The notes under the pieces: generated by a model
What the model was told of the DNA's origin: nothing
Seen by the model: the letters and a program-made list of their open reading frames with translations, nothing else
Database searches by the model: none
DNA from: Amoebophrya sp. A120
Taxonomy: Eukaryota; Protista; Dinoflagellata
Direction of reading: 5' to 3'
Length of the DNA: 64,000 nucleotides
Assembly (NCBI GenBank): GCA_905178155.1
Contig: CAJINV010000025.1
Coordinates: forward strand, 272,944 to 336,943
Made by a program: the position numbers and the translations under genes
In this document: positions 36,720 through 49,500 of the stretch, piece after piece
How positions within the stretch are numbered: position 1 is the stretch's first letter
Layout: every line of letters begins with the position of its first letter

Positions 36720-39609
36720 ATGATGGTGGGACAACTACTTGCGACGCGAGGAGATGAAAAGTCTGCTGCGCCCCCTCTCGGTTGTACTGGCAGCTCTGCT
36801 TGTTGTACTGTGCGTGGCGGTTTCCATGTTCATCCGGTGTTGAAGAAGATCACTCTTGGCCCGCTTCTTCTCGGGTGCGCGCTCTTCTACTTCGTCAACG
36901 GGGCCGCGGCGGCGCAGTCGACATCGACGCAATCGTCCTCCGGTTTCCATGTTCATCCGGTGTTCAAGAAGATCACTCTTGTATCCTGAGTAAAAAGGTA
37001 CCCACACCAGAGTCAGGATGGAGATTTTGCAACACAAACCTAGGAGTTTTGTGAGTCACGCATGACAAGTTGCACTCTGCAGTGTAGTGCAGGTTAGCAA
37101 GTGCAGCCGCGTCACAGATTCATCTGTTCATCCTGTTCACAGCATCACAAATTCCAAAACACGATTGGAAATGGCTCTCATGCGGATGCGCATTACAAGT
37201 CTTCCTGTCTTTGCAAATCTGCATTACAACTCTGGTGTGGGTACGTTTTTACTCAGGACATCTTGGCCCGCTTCTTCTCGGGTGCGCGCTCTTCTACTTC
37301 GTCAACGGGGCCGATCGTCCTCGGCGCCGTTCGTCCTCGGCGCGCGCCGTTATCAATTGTAAAAATGTCTGGGTCTGGAAGATTCTAAACTTGTGATGCT
37401 GTCTCTGGATTCTAAAAAAATTTGCATTGCATGACCGGCAACAGAACTCCATTTTGTGCTACCCGGAGAGGGCATTTCTCATGCGGTAGAGGCATCACAA
37501 AGGCCTTTGAAAATCTGTCATGCTAGAGCATGCATCACAGACATCATGAGTCTTCCAAAATATGCATGACAAACCTGGCAAGCTTCCAGACCCAGACATT
37601 TTTACATTTGATAGCCGTTCGTCCTCGACTACGCGCAGCGCAGTCGACACTAGCGCGTCGATCGTCCTCGGCACCGGCCTATGAAATGCCAATATGTCTG
37701 GGTCTGGAAGGGTTGGAATTTGAGATGCTTTCTCTCATCTGCTCTCAACGGCCACTACACAAAGATCTGCTATAAATAGAATATGCATGAACAGCAAATG
37801 CAAAACCTGTCCACTTTTGGCCACCGGGACAGAGGATTTCTCATGCAGAATAGGCATTGCAAAGCCGTCGCAGAAGAAGAAGAAGAACCTCTGTTGTAGT
37901 GCCGGGCCCGAGAATGATCCAGAGGACCTGCTTCTGGGCGGCCATACAAAACCTGCATGACTACATTTTCCAGACCCAGGCATATTTTTGGATTTGATAA
38001 GGCCACTCGAAGTACTAGCTCTGCTGGCGTGGTCGTCCCGACGGCGGGCGGCGGGCGTGCTTCCAAAAGGTGGAGCATCGGAAGAAATACTACTAGCCGC
38101 GTGGCACCTTTTTTACCGCCCCGCGACCTCGCGCAGTGGTCAGTGGTTGCACAGGATATCCACCAAGTCGCGAAGCCGAGGCTTGCATGGCTGCAGAAAA
38201 TTCAGCAAAACGCGGACCCAGAATGGACCATGGACGAGAAGCGCCGCGGGGAGCCCTTTCCCCCGAGCCTGGAATTTCTGAAGACCGCGATCAAGCTCTG
38301 GACCAATGCGGAATACGACACTTCGCACGAGCAGCGCAAAGCGATTGTGGCGAAATATGGCGAGCCAGACACGTGGAACGTCGCAGACGCGTTGGGCGCA
38401 CGGGACGAAAGCGGGCGGCTCCGATTTCGTTTTGATTTTTGCAGCAATACCCCTCCAGCAGGGCAAGACTTACCTATGTCGTGGGGACTCTGCTTTCATT
38501 CCTCGTTCAGCGTCACAAACTGGCGAGTGACCGGCGTGGAAAGCTTGGAAAGCATGTTCGAAGGCATGCGCGGCCTTTCCTTTCCGCTCTTCTGGGATGT
38601 ATCTCGGGTTACAAACATGTACGCGATGTTTCGAAGCAGCGACTTTAGCCAGGATCTCAACAGCTGGGACGTGAGTGCTGTTACAACCATGTCTTCTATG
38701 TTCAGTCACGCCTGGAGCTTCAACGGTGATCTCAGCAGATGGGACGTGAGTGCTGTTACAGACATGTCTTATATGTTCAATGGTGCCTCGACCTTCAACG
38801 GGGACCTGAGCGGATGGGACGTAAGGGCTGTTACAAACATGGACTCTATGTTCTACGGCGCCTCGAATTTCAACGGCGGGGACCTGCGCGGATGGAACGT
38901 GAGTTCTGTTAGAAACATGAGCGCTATGTTCCGTGACGCCTCGAACTTCAGCGGGGATCTCAGCAGATGGGTCGTGAGTGCTGTTATGTACATGGAGTCT
39001 ATGTTCCTTCGCGCCTCGACCTTCAACGGGGACCTGAGCGGATGGGACGTGAGTGCTGTTACAGACATGAATTGTATGTTCCGTGACGCCTCGAGCTTCA
39101 ATGGGGATCTCAGCAGATGGGTCGTGACTGCTGTCACAACCATGCACTCGATGTTCCGTGGCGCCTCGACCTTCAGCGGGGACCTGAGCGGATGGGACGT
39201 GAGTGCTGTTAGACACATGAGTAACATGTTCCACAACGCCTCCAGCTTCAACGGGGACCTGAGCGGATGGGAAGTGGGTGCTGTCCAAGATATGAGCGAG
39301 ATGTTTTTCGAAGCGACCACGTTTAACCAACCCATTGGCGCATGGGGAGAAAAGATTTGGCGTGGGATGGCAAGGACTCGCGTGCGCCAAGTTCTATTGG
39401 TTGGGATGTTCGGCGCGTATGTAGGAGGCCGTGGAACTGCGTTCAACCAGAGCCTGAGAGGCTTCGAACCGTTGATGCTTTCGGGCGCGACGAGATTTGA
39501 GTTTGACCGCATGCTTTCGGGCGCGACGAGCTTCAACTGGGATGCAAACTTCAGCCAAGAGCTTTTAGCACAGCGGAAGGTAGTGAAGAAGCTACTCGGG
39601 CACCGATAA
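36720..39609 (+). CDS. DUF285 / BspA-like repeat protein, copy 3
   Basis: Introners 36982-37260 (H), 37351-37613 (A), 37680-37999 (A); about 10 repeats; diverged C-terminus. Confidence 0.88.
36982..37260. mobile_element. Introner, family H (TATCCTGAGTAAAAAxGTACCCACACCAGAG)
   Basis: About 30-bp TIRs, DR TCTTG/TCTTG. Confidence 0.88.
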
Positions 39610-40596
39610 ACGTCTAAAGATGCCCGCTTTTCTTGTCTCCTCTCGCTTCAAAGCAGCGCGATCTATCATGATGTCCTCTAGTTTTTATGTAGATCGACTC
39701 TGCTAGCTTTCCTTATGTTGTATGTACTATATAAAAGTATATTCGAAGATTAAGAGGTTGACGAGGAGGGGGAGAGGATGACGATGTGAAGAAAGAAAAA
39801 TTTGTTCGAACTACACCAAAACACAATGCTGACGCAAGACAAACACAAATTTGCTTTTTACGTTTGTGTATGATTTATAAAATTTTAGTACGACATCCTG
39901 CAAAACGAAAAATCTTTGCTCTGCCATCGACCAACATAGGGACAGATGACTTCCGGCGCTCAAAGCAGCTCCCGGTAGGTGGCCAGGGACTCGCAACGAG
40001 TCCGCTGAACCGGTCCGAATGCTCTCAGCAATGTCTATGGCATCAGAAAAACAACAAAAATTGCAAAAATAACGTCGCGGCCTTTCCTTGCGCTCGTGCG
40101 TGTGTTCTGCTGAAGATTTCCACACGCCGTTCGTGTAGTTGAGATGAGAGATGAACCAGTCAACAAGATAAAGAAAAATCACAGACAGGATCGAGAAAGT
40201 ATAAAGCTGTTGTGCGCAGCGACAAACGCAATGATCAAACTGAATAGCAAGAGTCCGAAAACAAAAGCGCGCAAGAGTACAACTATGACGGGGGACCCTT
40301 CTGGGCCCCTCGTGAAGATCCGAGCTTTTCACTTCAGTCCGTCGCTTTTTTTTTCCCTCCAGTCTTGCCTTCTATTCTTCTTGGCTGATGATGACACAAC
40401 TCCGATAAAAGATGAAGGAAGCCCAAGGGGGGAACGGGTGGCCCTTGTTTTTTCATTTGATGCATTGTTAGAGATAGAGTAGAGTCATACTTCTAAATAT
40501 GATCCCTGTTCAAAATTTAAACAGGTTCTTTTACGTGCTGCCGGTCGAAGGTATTGATGAGTAGCCACAGCCAGTAGAACTACTTTTTCTATAACC

Positions 40597-43500
40597 ATGA
40601 CAACGATCATGAAGAAAGACCCCGCCCTCGAGGAAGAGGTCCGAGCGCGGACTTCCACCTTGCTCGCTCGACTCAAGTCCGCACAGGCGGCGGCGGCTGC
40701 TGCGGCCACCGGCCCATCAAGTTCTGCTTTTGATGCTTTCGCATCGGCAACCGCCTTTCTCTCTGCGACAGTGGGCCGCGCGGTTACAAGTGCAGCTACA
40801 TCCTCGACGTCCACTACCACTTATGAAATGCAAATATGTTGCCCGGGTCTGGAAGAATCCAAACTTGTCACGATGCAAAATTTCCGTGCTCCATGAGGTC
40901 TGGTAGATGCAGGTGGTGGACCTAGCATGGCTACAGATTTTGCGAGGTGGTCTCCATCATGCCTATCCTGCGTGAGGAACTCCTTCACGCAAGACAGATT
41001 TTTGCATGATCCAGACTTAGCATGACAAGTCTTGCACTCTTCCAGACACGTTTGCCATGCATACCACTAGTACAGCAGCTCTGTCTACAGCCACTCCTGC
41101 GAGCATTCTTTACGCCGGAGCTGCTGCACGACCCGCAGCGACGCCAGCACCGCTTCAGCAGCAAAACCTGAAAAATCTCCTCCAGACCGCCGACTTCGCG
41201 AGGCTACTGGACAGCAATTACACACTGAACGAAGAGCTTCTTCAGGAAGCGGATCAACAGCTGCACTCCGGGATCCAAGCAGACCACAACCTGGTTGCCA
41301 ACTATGACTGGCGGTTGCTTAGCGAAACGAGGAACAGACAACTAGTTTCCGCATATGGGCAGGTGCACGCGCTGAAGTCGAAAGACTTAGACATCGTGAA
41401 CATCTCCGTTCTGCAGCAGAAGTTATCAAATGTAAAAATGTCTGGGTCTGGAAGAATGCAAACTTGTGATGCTGCATTTGGATTCCAAAAAAATCTGTAT
41501 TGCGTAAGCAGCAAAGGGAATGCAGTTTTGTCTACGCGGAGGGGGCATTTGTCATGCGGAATAGGCATCGCGAAGCCCTCAAAAAGTCTGTGATGCTAGT
41601 GCATGCATCACAGACATCATGGCCCATGCAAAACGTGCATGACAAGTCTCAGAAATTTCCAGACCCAGACATTTTTACACTTGATAGAAGTACAACGTTT
41701 ACCAAATGGAGCAGCTGGGCAGTCGAACGGGAACGAGCTCCCCTGCGTCTTCCTCGTTCTCCAGTCGTGCACACCAGGCCGCGGGGCAACTACGCGACGC
41801 CAACAAAGCTTGGGAACAAAAAGACAACGCAGACTTGGACTTGCTGAAAACCTACCTGAGCCACGCCATCGTGGTCTTAGAGGGCTGTCTCAAGTTCCAA
41901 GACCAGTGTCTCTACGTATCTAGGAAGCTGATGCCCCTAGTGTTGCGCGACTGCGACGTGCCCGGTGTTGATGTCGTGGACCACTTCGGCAGTAAAAACT
42001 TTGGAAGAGGAGGGAGCACAGTCGCAGGCACAAGCGCAGCTTTCCAACATGACCGTCAACACTTCGCAGAAGACGGGCTGGAATCATCGACGCAAGGAGC
42101 TAGCAGCGGCATCAACACCAGTTCTCACGGTCCACTGCTTACTACAACTTCCGGGCTTGTTGAGAAGACTGGAGCGTCGACGAAAAGTCTGACTGAGCAG
42201 CAGATCGCAGCCGTTTGCCAAAGCAACGACGCGGTCCTGGAAGGCGCTTTTTTTGACACCCCGGCGAGCAATACCGATGCCCTCGAGAAGGGTTTGGATG
42301 CGAACTATCGCCTGCTGTTAGACCTTATCAAATGTAAAAATGTCTGGGTCTGGAAGGGTTGGAACTTGTGATGCAAACTCTGGAACACACAAAAACTTGT
42401 GTTGCATGAGCGCCAAAAGCTGTCCATTTCTTGGCACGCAAGTAGGAAGTTTCTCATGCGGGACAGGCATCATGACGCTTGCTCAAAACCTGTGATGCTT
42501 TTGCCTGCATCAGACGCCATTTGCGTGATCCTGCAAACATGCATGACTAATCTCACAATCTTCCAGACCCAGACATTTTTACATTTAATAGACCTGCTGG
42601 GTCTCGTGAAGATCGACAAGCAGCTGGCGCAACAAGACGAAAACGAAATTATGCCCGCTGGTGAAGAAATAAAAGATGAAAAGGATCTACTTTTTGCACT
42701 AGACCAGGCACCATCTTCCCCGGCACGGCGAAAATCCCTGCTCGCTCAACAGCTAGACGCCCTGCAGGCACAGACACTGCTGATCAAGCTTATGACCTGC
42801 TCAAACGTTACAATCTCAAACGTTACAATCGAGTCTGGGATTTGTCTTGCATGATGAGCGTGACAGACTCGCAGAGCGTTTCACTTTCTGCAATACAAAT
42901 TTCGCCAGATTATAGTGCGGTTTGGAGCTCCGAAACTTGTCATGCGCAATCCTGTGGGAAGAGGCTAGATCATGCGCTCTTGCATCACAGATCTCCATAT
43001 TCTATTGTAACGTTTGAGATTGTAACACCTGAGCAGGTTATAAAGCTGAAGTTGCTGGAAGGGGAAATATTGACAGCTGATGCATCTTTATCCTGTGCAA
43101 AACTATCGCACTCGTATTGCAATCATGCATTACAAATCTTGTTTCCAAGGCATATCTGCATATACAAATTTCATTTCTCATGCTGAGGAAATAATTTGTA
43201 ATGCATTTACACGACGAGTGCGATGCTTTTGCACTGCATAATCTTCCAGTGCCACTCGTGCCGCTCCTAAAAGTGATCTTCCTGACGTCGCTCCTTCATC
43301 TGCAAACAGTACTACAAAAAGAATGCCGGCGGTCCTCGCCGACCACAGCGATTTTTACCAGGTTCTTGACGCTGGCCACGTGGCTCTGGCCGACACAGTG
43401 ACTATCAAATGCAAAAGTGTCTGGGTCTGGAAGGATGCAACTTGTGATGCTACCTTTGGACTCTACATAAAATCTGTATTGCATGAACAGCAAAAGAGGT

Positions 43501-46500
43501 GTAATGCTACGCGGAGAAAGTTTTTCTCATGCGGTATGAGCATCAGAAAGCTCTCGCAAAATCTCTGATGCTAGGGCATGTATCACAGACCTCATGGGTC
43601 AAGGTCATGCGAAATCTGCATGACAAACTCCTGCATTCTTCCAGACCCAGACACTTTTGCAATCCATAGTGGCAGAGGAGTTCAAAATCCTGTGGAGCGA
43701 GTGGCGAGAAAAACGGCTATCAAATGCAAAAATGTCTGGGTCTGGAAGAACGCAGCTTGTGATGCTGCATTTGGATTCCAAAAAAATCTGTATTGCATGA
43801 GCAGCAAAGGGAACGCATTTTTTGCTACGCGGAGAGGGCATTTGTCATGCCGAATAGGCATCCAGAAGCCCTCAAAAAATCTGTGATGCTAGGGCATGCA
43901 TCACAGACATCATGTCTCATGCGACACGTGCATGACAAGTCTCAGAATCTTCCAGGAGACCCAGGCATTTTTACAGTTAATAACGGCAGCGCAGATACGA
44001 ATCAGAGCGGGTGTTTCTTCAGGAAACCGAAGTGGTAGGGATACAGAAGTGGCATAGTTATGCAGGACAAGTACAAGAACCTTTACCTTCTCCTTCGCCG
44101 ATGTTGCTGGCGGCCGGCTCCTCGTCCTCCGCCGCGGACCGGCAAGTTCCGGAGCAGACAAAGCTGATCTGTTATCCAATGCAAATATCCCTGGATCCCT
44201 GGATAAGGTTGTAACTTGTGATGCTGTCTTCGGATTCGAAAAAAATCTGTATTGCATGAGGAGCTGCAACAGGAGTCCAGTTTATTGCTGTACACGGACA
44301 GGGCATTATTTCTCATGCAGAAAAGGCATCAGGAATCCCTCTAAAAATCTGTGATGCTAGGCTATGCATTACAGGCATCATGGGCCATGCAAAACATGCA
44401 TGACAAACCTGGAAACCATCCAGACCCAGACATATTTGCATTTGATATCTGTGGGCTCTTACTCAGAGCGAACAGCCTGTACGCCGAGTTCGCCGTGGCA
44501 GTTTATGAACTGCAAAAGTATCGCACTCGTATTGCAATCATGCATTACAAATCTTGTTCTTAAGGTATCGCAGCATTACAAATTTCATTTGTAATGCTGA
44601 GCGAATTTGTAATGCGATTTATAGATACTAGTACGATGCTTTTGCACTGCATACAGTGTTGCCAGAGCTGATTGCCCCCGCCCTCTCGAGCAGCGGTGCA
44701 GCGGACAGCCCCTCCATCGAAAAAATTACTTCGCAGCTTGGTGCAACATCCCGTGATCATGTAGTAGGCGACGTGGCAGATAAAAAGATGACAACGACCG
44801 CAGCAGGAGTTGTACCCACAGGGGCCGCTGCCGTCAACAGCGCGGAAAGTTGTGCAACTAGGTCTTACTTTGACCAGGAGATGCGGCCGCGAACCGCCGA
44901 GGCCAGGTCGTTCGCGGAAAACCGGTTTACCAACCGGGTGAAGCTTCTAAGTTACAATCTCCAATTTCGCCCGCCCTTGCCGCCCTCCTTTCCGGAGTTT
45001 CAGGAATTCCTTTCCACTACGGCGAAAACGACGTCGACTGTGGTAAGCACGTCGACGGAACCGGCTAGAAGACGTGAAAATGAAAATGCCGCCAGCACCG
45101 GCCGTGCTGTTGGTGCGGCTGGTAGATCGTCGACCACATCGAGCCTTACTTCTGGTCCACCGCAGCACAGCATGTCGTCCACTGCATTTTGGGAAGGCGA
45201 AGCTGCAAAAGACGAGCGGCTGAAAAGACTCCTGGCACCCGGAGAGGAGGTACCAAATGCAAAAATGTCTGGATCTGGAAGGATGCAACTACTTGTAGTG
45301 CTATTTTTGGATTCTAAAAAAATTCTGTGTTGCATGACAGGCAACAGGAGTCCAGTTTTTGTCACGTGGAGAGGGCATTTCTCATGCAGGATATGCATCA
45401 AGAAGCACTCAGAAAATCTGTGATGGTAGGGCATACATCACAGCCGTCATGGGTCATGTCAGGCGTGCATGACAAGTCTTCCAATCTTCCAGACCCAGAC
45501 ATTTTTGCATTTGATAGGAGGTGCCGGTTGGAGCCGAGGAAAATGGAAATCAAAATCGGAATGATTTGACGCACACAAGAACTACCGTCAGCACTGCCAC
45601 TGGCCCTCCTGGAACATCAAGCGATGTATTCTTGAAAACAGAACATCAAACCGACGGCGCGCGAACCTGCATTTTCGGCGGAAAATTCGATTTCCTTTGT
45701 CTGCTATGAATTGCAAATATGTCTGGGTCTGGAAGAATGGATGTTTGTCATGCTTGTCTGGCATGACTCTTGAATCTGTCATGCACGTTACCCAAGCGCT
45801 CCATTTTTCTGTCATGCAGGAACGCAGTTTGTCATGCAGAATAGGCAACACCTAGAAGCTCAGAAACTTGTCATGCTGGGCCAGCACTTGTGGCCTCATC
45901 ATGGTACGCCACCCAGCATCACAAGTTTCCAGACCCAGACATTTTTGCATTTGATATCTGCAGGAGGTCTACGATTCGTATTCAGACCGAAGGACTATCA
46001 CATGCAAAAATGTCTTGGCCTGGAAGAGTGGAACTTGTAATGCTGTCTGCGGATTCTAAAGATATCTGTGTTGCATGAGCAGCAAGAGGAGTCAGTTCTT
46101 GGCACGCGTTGAGGGCATTTGTCATGCGTAATTAGCATCAAGTAGCTCTCAAAAAATCTGCGATGCTAGCACCAGCATCTCAGACCTGACGGGTCATGCA
46201 AAATGTGCATGACAAGCCCCGACTCTTCCAGACCCAGACACTTTTGCAGTTGATAAGGACGAAAATTGTGCAACAGTTTCTCGCCGACAAGAAGCGGCTG
46301 GTCGGGCTCAAGGGTCCTCAACACGCAGGTCGTTTTCATCCTGATGAAAGGAGCGACGACGGACGAGGGGGAACAAACCAACAAGACGAGGAGTTTGCGT
46401 TGTCGCGCCGGCAGCACTTGCAAAACCAGCAGCAGGCGCCGGCGTTTCTGCCAGAGAACCACCCGGCAGGACGACGGGGTCCACGTCCCGCCAGCACGTT

Positions 46501-49500
46501 GATGCCCAGCACCGCCTCCGCGTTACTATCTCGCAGTACAATCGTGGCGCGCAGACGAGCTGAAATTTTGCGCGCCTCCCACCTGGCTGCGGTCACCCAC
46601 AGCCCGCAACCGTATGATCATTTCGGGTCCTCTACTTCGGAAGCTGCTGCGCAAGAGGACGAAGATCATCATGTTTTTCCACTTTTTGAAGACGTTGATG
46701 ACCAGGACACAGCGGCTAGGGGACCTACTACTACGTCGAGTAGAAGCAACGCAATAAACTACCACACCGGAACTGCGGAAGATGATCACTCATCGCTGCA
46801 AGAAGATCTCCACGTGTTCGCCTCCTCCACCCTGACATCCAACGCGGTCCTGACGAATGGCTACGCCCTCGATGCGGGGCTGTTGCTTTTCTATTCAAAA
46901 AAAAATGACTGTACGTCTGGTAGGTCAACTTCATTTTTGGCCGAAAAGCATGAAAGACAAATCTTTCGGGTGTAGTACATAGCAAAAAAAAGAAAAACAA
47001 CTTTTCGTGGGCTGATAGCGCGATGTGAAGACACGAGCGACGTTTTCGGCCACACGATACTAGCCGCCATGATGCATGTTCTGCACGACAAGTGTTGTCA
47101 CTGCCGTACTTCGTCCTCTGCAACTACACACAGTTACACTAACAATTTTTTTTGGTTGCATATTTGATCGAAGTACCCGATTGTGGACAGGGAGGAGCTG
47201 CAGTTTGAGACGTTGGGGCGCGGCTGGGACAAGTTTATCTGCTTTGGCGCACTTTACGCAAAAATCAGGATTCCAAGGCTGTCTTCGGCGAAGCAGGACC
47301 ACGGGACTTCTGCGGACGAAGGCAAGAATAGAAGTTACCAGCAGGAGGAGCAGCAGTGGCCCTGTGATGAAGTACAACAACAACAATCGACTTTATTGTC
47401 AATAAGCACGACTTGCGAATACGTGCACCTGATCACGACCCGGCTGCAGCCTGAGTATGACGAACATTCCCAGGCGGCGCGACACGATCAAATCTTGGAG
47501 CTCGTCGAGTTTGTGCTCAGGCTCGCAAAAAAGAGAACAGGAGGAGAGCAGGAAAGAGGTAGTTCTTCTACTTCTTTTTTCCAGTGGCCGCTGATTCTGA
47601 CCGGGGATTTTAACTGTCGGTCCGAGCTGGAGTGGGAGCGGGACTTGCTGCCTTTGTTGCAAAAGTACTTGGCAAGTCCTCGTCCGCACGAAGTATGTAC
47701 TATGTGGGAAACGATACACGATCTGTCATCTTCCGGCAGCACAACAAATCAGCTGGAGCGAGATGCGCGGGCAAAGGGGTACAATCGAAAAAAGAAAAAC
47801 GCGGCAGGTGGCGTTGCTGGTGTTGGGGTCGTTGGCGAGGCCGGTGGTACAACTAGTACCGGGAGCTGCTGTACCAGAGAGGCAGAAGACATCGGCACTT
47901 CTGTGGACAACCCAATGCAGTGGAACAAAGTTTTGTTTTTCACCCCGCGGCAAAGTTCTGGTGTAATTCTTGAGAAAGACAGCCGCGAGGACGGCTTTTT
48001 TCAGGAAGAGGACACCGGTACCGGAGTAGAGCTGCAAGATCAAGCGGAGGAAGCAATAAAAAAGAAAACTTCCGCCCAGGAGGACGAGGTGGGCGAGGAG
48101 CCTTCTACATATCAAGTGTAAAAATGTCTGGGTCTGGAAAAGTGTAGACTTGTCATGCAGATTTTCCATGACCCATGAGGTCTGGAATGCGGAACTTAGC
48201 ATGACAGACTCTGCGAGGTCTCTGCCATGCCTATCCTGCATGAGAAACTCCCCTCCAACTTTTGGTCAAAAGTGTACAGCTTTTGGCACTCATGCAACAC
48301 AGATTTTCGCATGCTTCAGATTTACCATGACAAGTTGGAATCTTCCAGACCCAGACATTTTTGCAATTCATACTACATCAACTCCTCTTCGGTGTCAACA
48401 AGAACTCGAGTATCAAATGCAAATATCCCTGGATGTCTGGAAGATTCGGAGACTTGTCATGCAGATTTTCCATGATCCATGTCGTCTGGAATGCAGGACC
48501 TAGCATGACAGATTCTGTGAGATCCCTATCATGCCTATCCTGCATGAGAAACCTCCTCTCAACTTGATCAAAAGTGGACAACTTTTGGCATTCATGCAAC
48601 ACAGATTACAAGTCATGCATCCAGAATTAGCATTACAAGTTGCAACATCCTTCCAGACCCAGACACTTTTGCAATGCATATCGAGGGTCTCCTTGCCAAG
48701 ATCAAAGCGGAAGAACCCAAGCTCGCCCCCATCTCGCTCCTGCACAAATCTGCATCGTGGAAGCCGCAGGACCTTGCGGCTGTTGCTATCAAATGCAAAT
48801 ATGATGATTGGGTCTGGAAAGTTGGAGCTTATCATGCACATTTCGCATGACCCATAATGTCTGTGATGCATGCCCTAGCATCACAGATTTTTTGAGAGCT
48901 CCTTCTTGCTGCTAATTAGAATTACGCATGAGAAATGCCCGCCCCCCGTGCCAAAGAGTGACTGCTTCTCTGGCTGCTCATCATGCAACACAGATATTTT
49001 TAGAATCCGCAGACAGCATCACAAGTTCCGCTCTTCCAGAGGACCCACACATATTTGCATTTGATAGTTGCGCAGGCGGAGCATTTCGTCGAGAAGACGC
49101 AGATATGCATTGCAAAAGTATCGTACTCGTATTGGTATTGCAATCATGCATGCAGTAATCTGAGTTGTCCTACGCTGAGTTGCTTTTTTGACTTTTTTTT
49201 GCGCAGTTCCTGGCGCGATCTGAATTGTCACAATATAGCTCATACGTTCGACTTTCGTCCTTGCTACGTTTTCTTCGTGAATCCTTACTGTTTTGCCGCT
49301 TTGGGTTTCACGTATGACGGGGGGAACGTCATATCTTGCAACTTTAGCCGTCGCCTTTCCGGGGTTGTCATCACGTGATAATCATGTGATTATCACGTGA
49401 TGAAAACAACTCAAAATGGCTTATGGATCGCAAAAATCATGTGATTATCACGTGACTACTCACGTGATTATCATGTGATCCGCGCAGGCTTGATTGTTCG

